NCBI GenBank assembly: GCA_041687455.1
Contig: JAWLBY010000003.1
Coordinates: 221,823 to 285,822 of the forward strand
Reading direction: 5' to 3'
DNA from: Lysobacteraceae bacterium
Lineage (GTDB): Bacteria; Pseudomonadota; Gammaproteobacteria; Xanthomonadales; Xanthomonadaceae
DNA: 64,000 nucleotides
Position 1 is the first letter of the stretch. The number at the start of each line of letters is the position of its first letter. The translations under genes and the position numbers were made by a program. This document shows, piece by piece, positions 63,156 to 64,000 of the stretch. The notes below the pieces were generated by a model. It searched no databases, was not told the DNA's origin, and worked only from the letters and a program-made list of their open reading frames with translations.

Positions 63156-63854
63156 TCAGTCCTGCTCGTCGCCGGCCTGTGCGATCTGCGACGCCTTGCG
63201 CTCCATCTGCTGCGCGAGCTGCTGGTGGTTGCGCAGGTCCCTCAGCGTGGTGCGCGCCAGCTCGCGGACCTCATCGCTGTACTCGTTGCTGTTGGCCACT
63301 TCCTCGAACAGCTTGATGTCGTTGCGGTGCATTTCGACCATCGCCTTCGAGTAGCGGGCGTCGAACTCTTCCCGGTCCTGCACACCGCCCAACTGGTCGA
63401 CCGTGCTCTGGTGCTTGCGATCCAGCCCGGCCGTCGCGGCGGCCGGCTCGCCGTGCAGTGCAGCCAGTTTGTCCCGGGTCATCCGGTGATGCTGCTGCAT
63501 CATCTGGCCGAACTCGCGGACATCGGCGCTGGCGCCGCGCTGCTCGGCCAGCCGTCCGAGCTCGATCTCGGCCTGGCTCGAACTCAGTGCGGTCTCGACG
63601 AATTTCCTGTCCTTGCGACTGAGCTCGCCGGCCTGCGCGGACTGCATCCGTTGCGTCTCGCGCTGGCTGGCGGTCGACTGGCCCTGGCGCGTCGTTTGGC
63701 CGTACTGAGACGGCGGCTGCGACTGCCGGGTCTGCTGCGACTGAGTGGTCTGACCTTGCTGTCCTGACTGTTGGGCCGGCACGCCTGTTGCGAAGATCAG
63801 CACGCCGGTGGCGATCGCGGCCAGCAGCGGGGTACGTGAACGGTAGTGGCGCAT
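63156..63854 (-). CDS. DUF4142 domain protein, exported, with Gln-rich low-complexity linker
   Basis: ATG 63854 lies 6 nt after AAGGAG. Signal peptide. QQSGQQGQTTQSQQTRQSQPPSQYGQTTRQGQ linker. Duplicated DUF4142-like helices (DRKFVETALSSSQAEIELGRLA...FGQMMQQHH; ...FDARYSKAMVEMH). Confidence 0.75.
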   Translation of the reverse strand: MRHYRSRTPLLAAIATGVLIFATGVPAQQSGQQGQTTQSQQTRQSQPPSQYGQTTRQGQSTASQRETQRMQSAQAGELSRKDRKFVETALSSSQAEIELGRLAEQRGASADVREFGQMMQQHHRMTRDKLAALHGEPAAATAGLDRKHQSTVDQLGGVQDREEFDARYSKAMVEMHRNDIKLFEEVANSNEYSDEVRELARTTLRDLRNHQQLAQQMERKASQIAQAGDEQD

Positions 63855-64000
63855 GGGCATCTCCTTGTTGATGCGGTTCGATCGAACCGCGCTGCAAAGG
63901 AGCAGTTTTCGTGCCGCACGGCGTGGAGGCGGCACGTTGCCGGTGCTGTGCCGCCGGGTCCGTGGCAGCGGCTACGCGGCGCTGAAAACGTTGCCGAAGA

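Noticed and set aside
1-64000. CRISPR arrays, prophage, IS elements, integrases, toxin-antitoxin or known defence systems
   Set aside because: I found no regularly spaced direct repeats. I found no transposase, integrase, recombinase or phage structural motifs in any credible ORF. I also found no nuclease/ATPase/RT/Sir2/TIR-type domain combinations typical of defence islands.

Overview
Very GC-rich bacterial chromosomal window. Gene content (GumN/TraB, UrcA, OprC-like receptor, RegBA, a VIPAKAGIH-type REP hairpin) suggests a Xanthomonadales-like gammaproteobacterium, but that is inference only. It is densely coded on both strands, with about 58 supportable protein genes. I saw no rRNA, tRNA, CRISPR array, intact IS/transposase, integrase or recognisable phage or defence module. 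Content is mixed housekeeping and accessory: c-di-GMP signalling (two HD-GYP proteins, one frameshifted, and a large Y_Y_Y-GGDEF sensor followed by a group III truncated haemoglobin); a RegB/RegA redox two-component pair back-to-back with an OprC-type TonB-dependent copper receptor and a UrcA gene; a second UrcA paralog; three Tiki/TraB/GumN-superfamily genes, two of them flanking NnrU; a haem lipoprotein (DUF3365), a cytochrome c fusion and a DASS transporter in a row; several methyltransferases; peptidases (2x S41, S9, M23); and many small exported or membrane proteins of unknown function. Points worth a second look: (1) a one-base frameshift at a G4 run splitting a PAS-PAS-PAS-HD-GYP gene; (2) a ~168 bp low-GC element with 18 bp terminal inverted repeats and a central UUCG-capped hairpin in a divergent promoter region (MITE or structured RNA); (3) a decayed copy of the 3' end of the DASS transporter gene sitting 1.5 kb downstream, so the M23 peptidase gene is bracketed by diverged direct repeats; (4) the DUF3365 / cytochrome c fusion / DASS cluster; (5) RegBA-OprC-UrcA linkage with conserved GGxxNPF, redox Cys and CxxxM/HxM motifs. 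Many very long ORFs in the supplied track are antisense or upstream-extension artefacts of high GC and were rejected. Functional calls come from motif and family recognition by eye. No database search was run.
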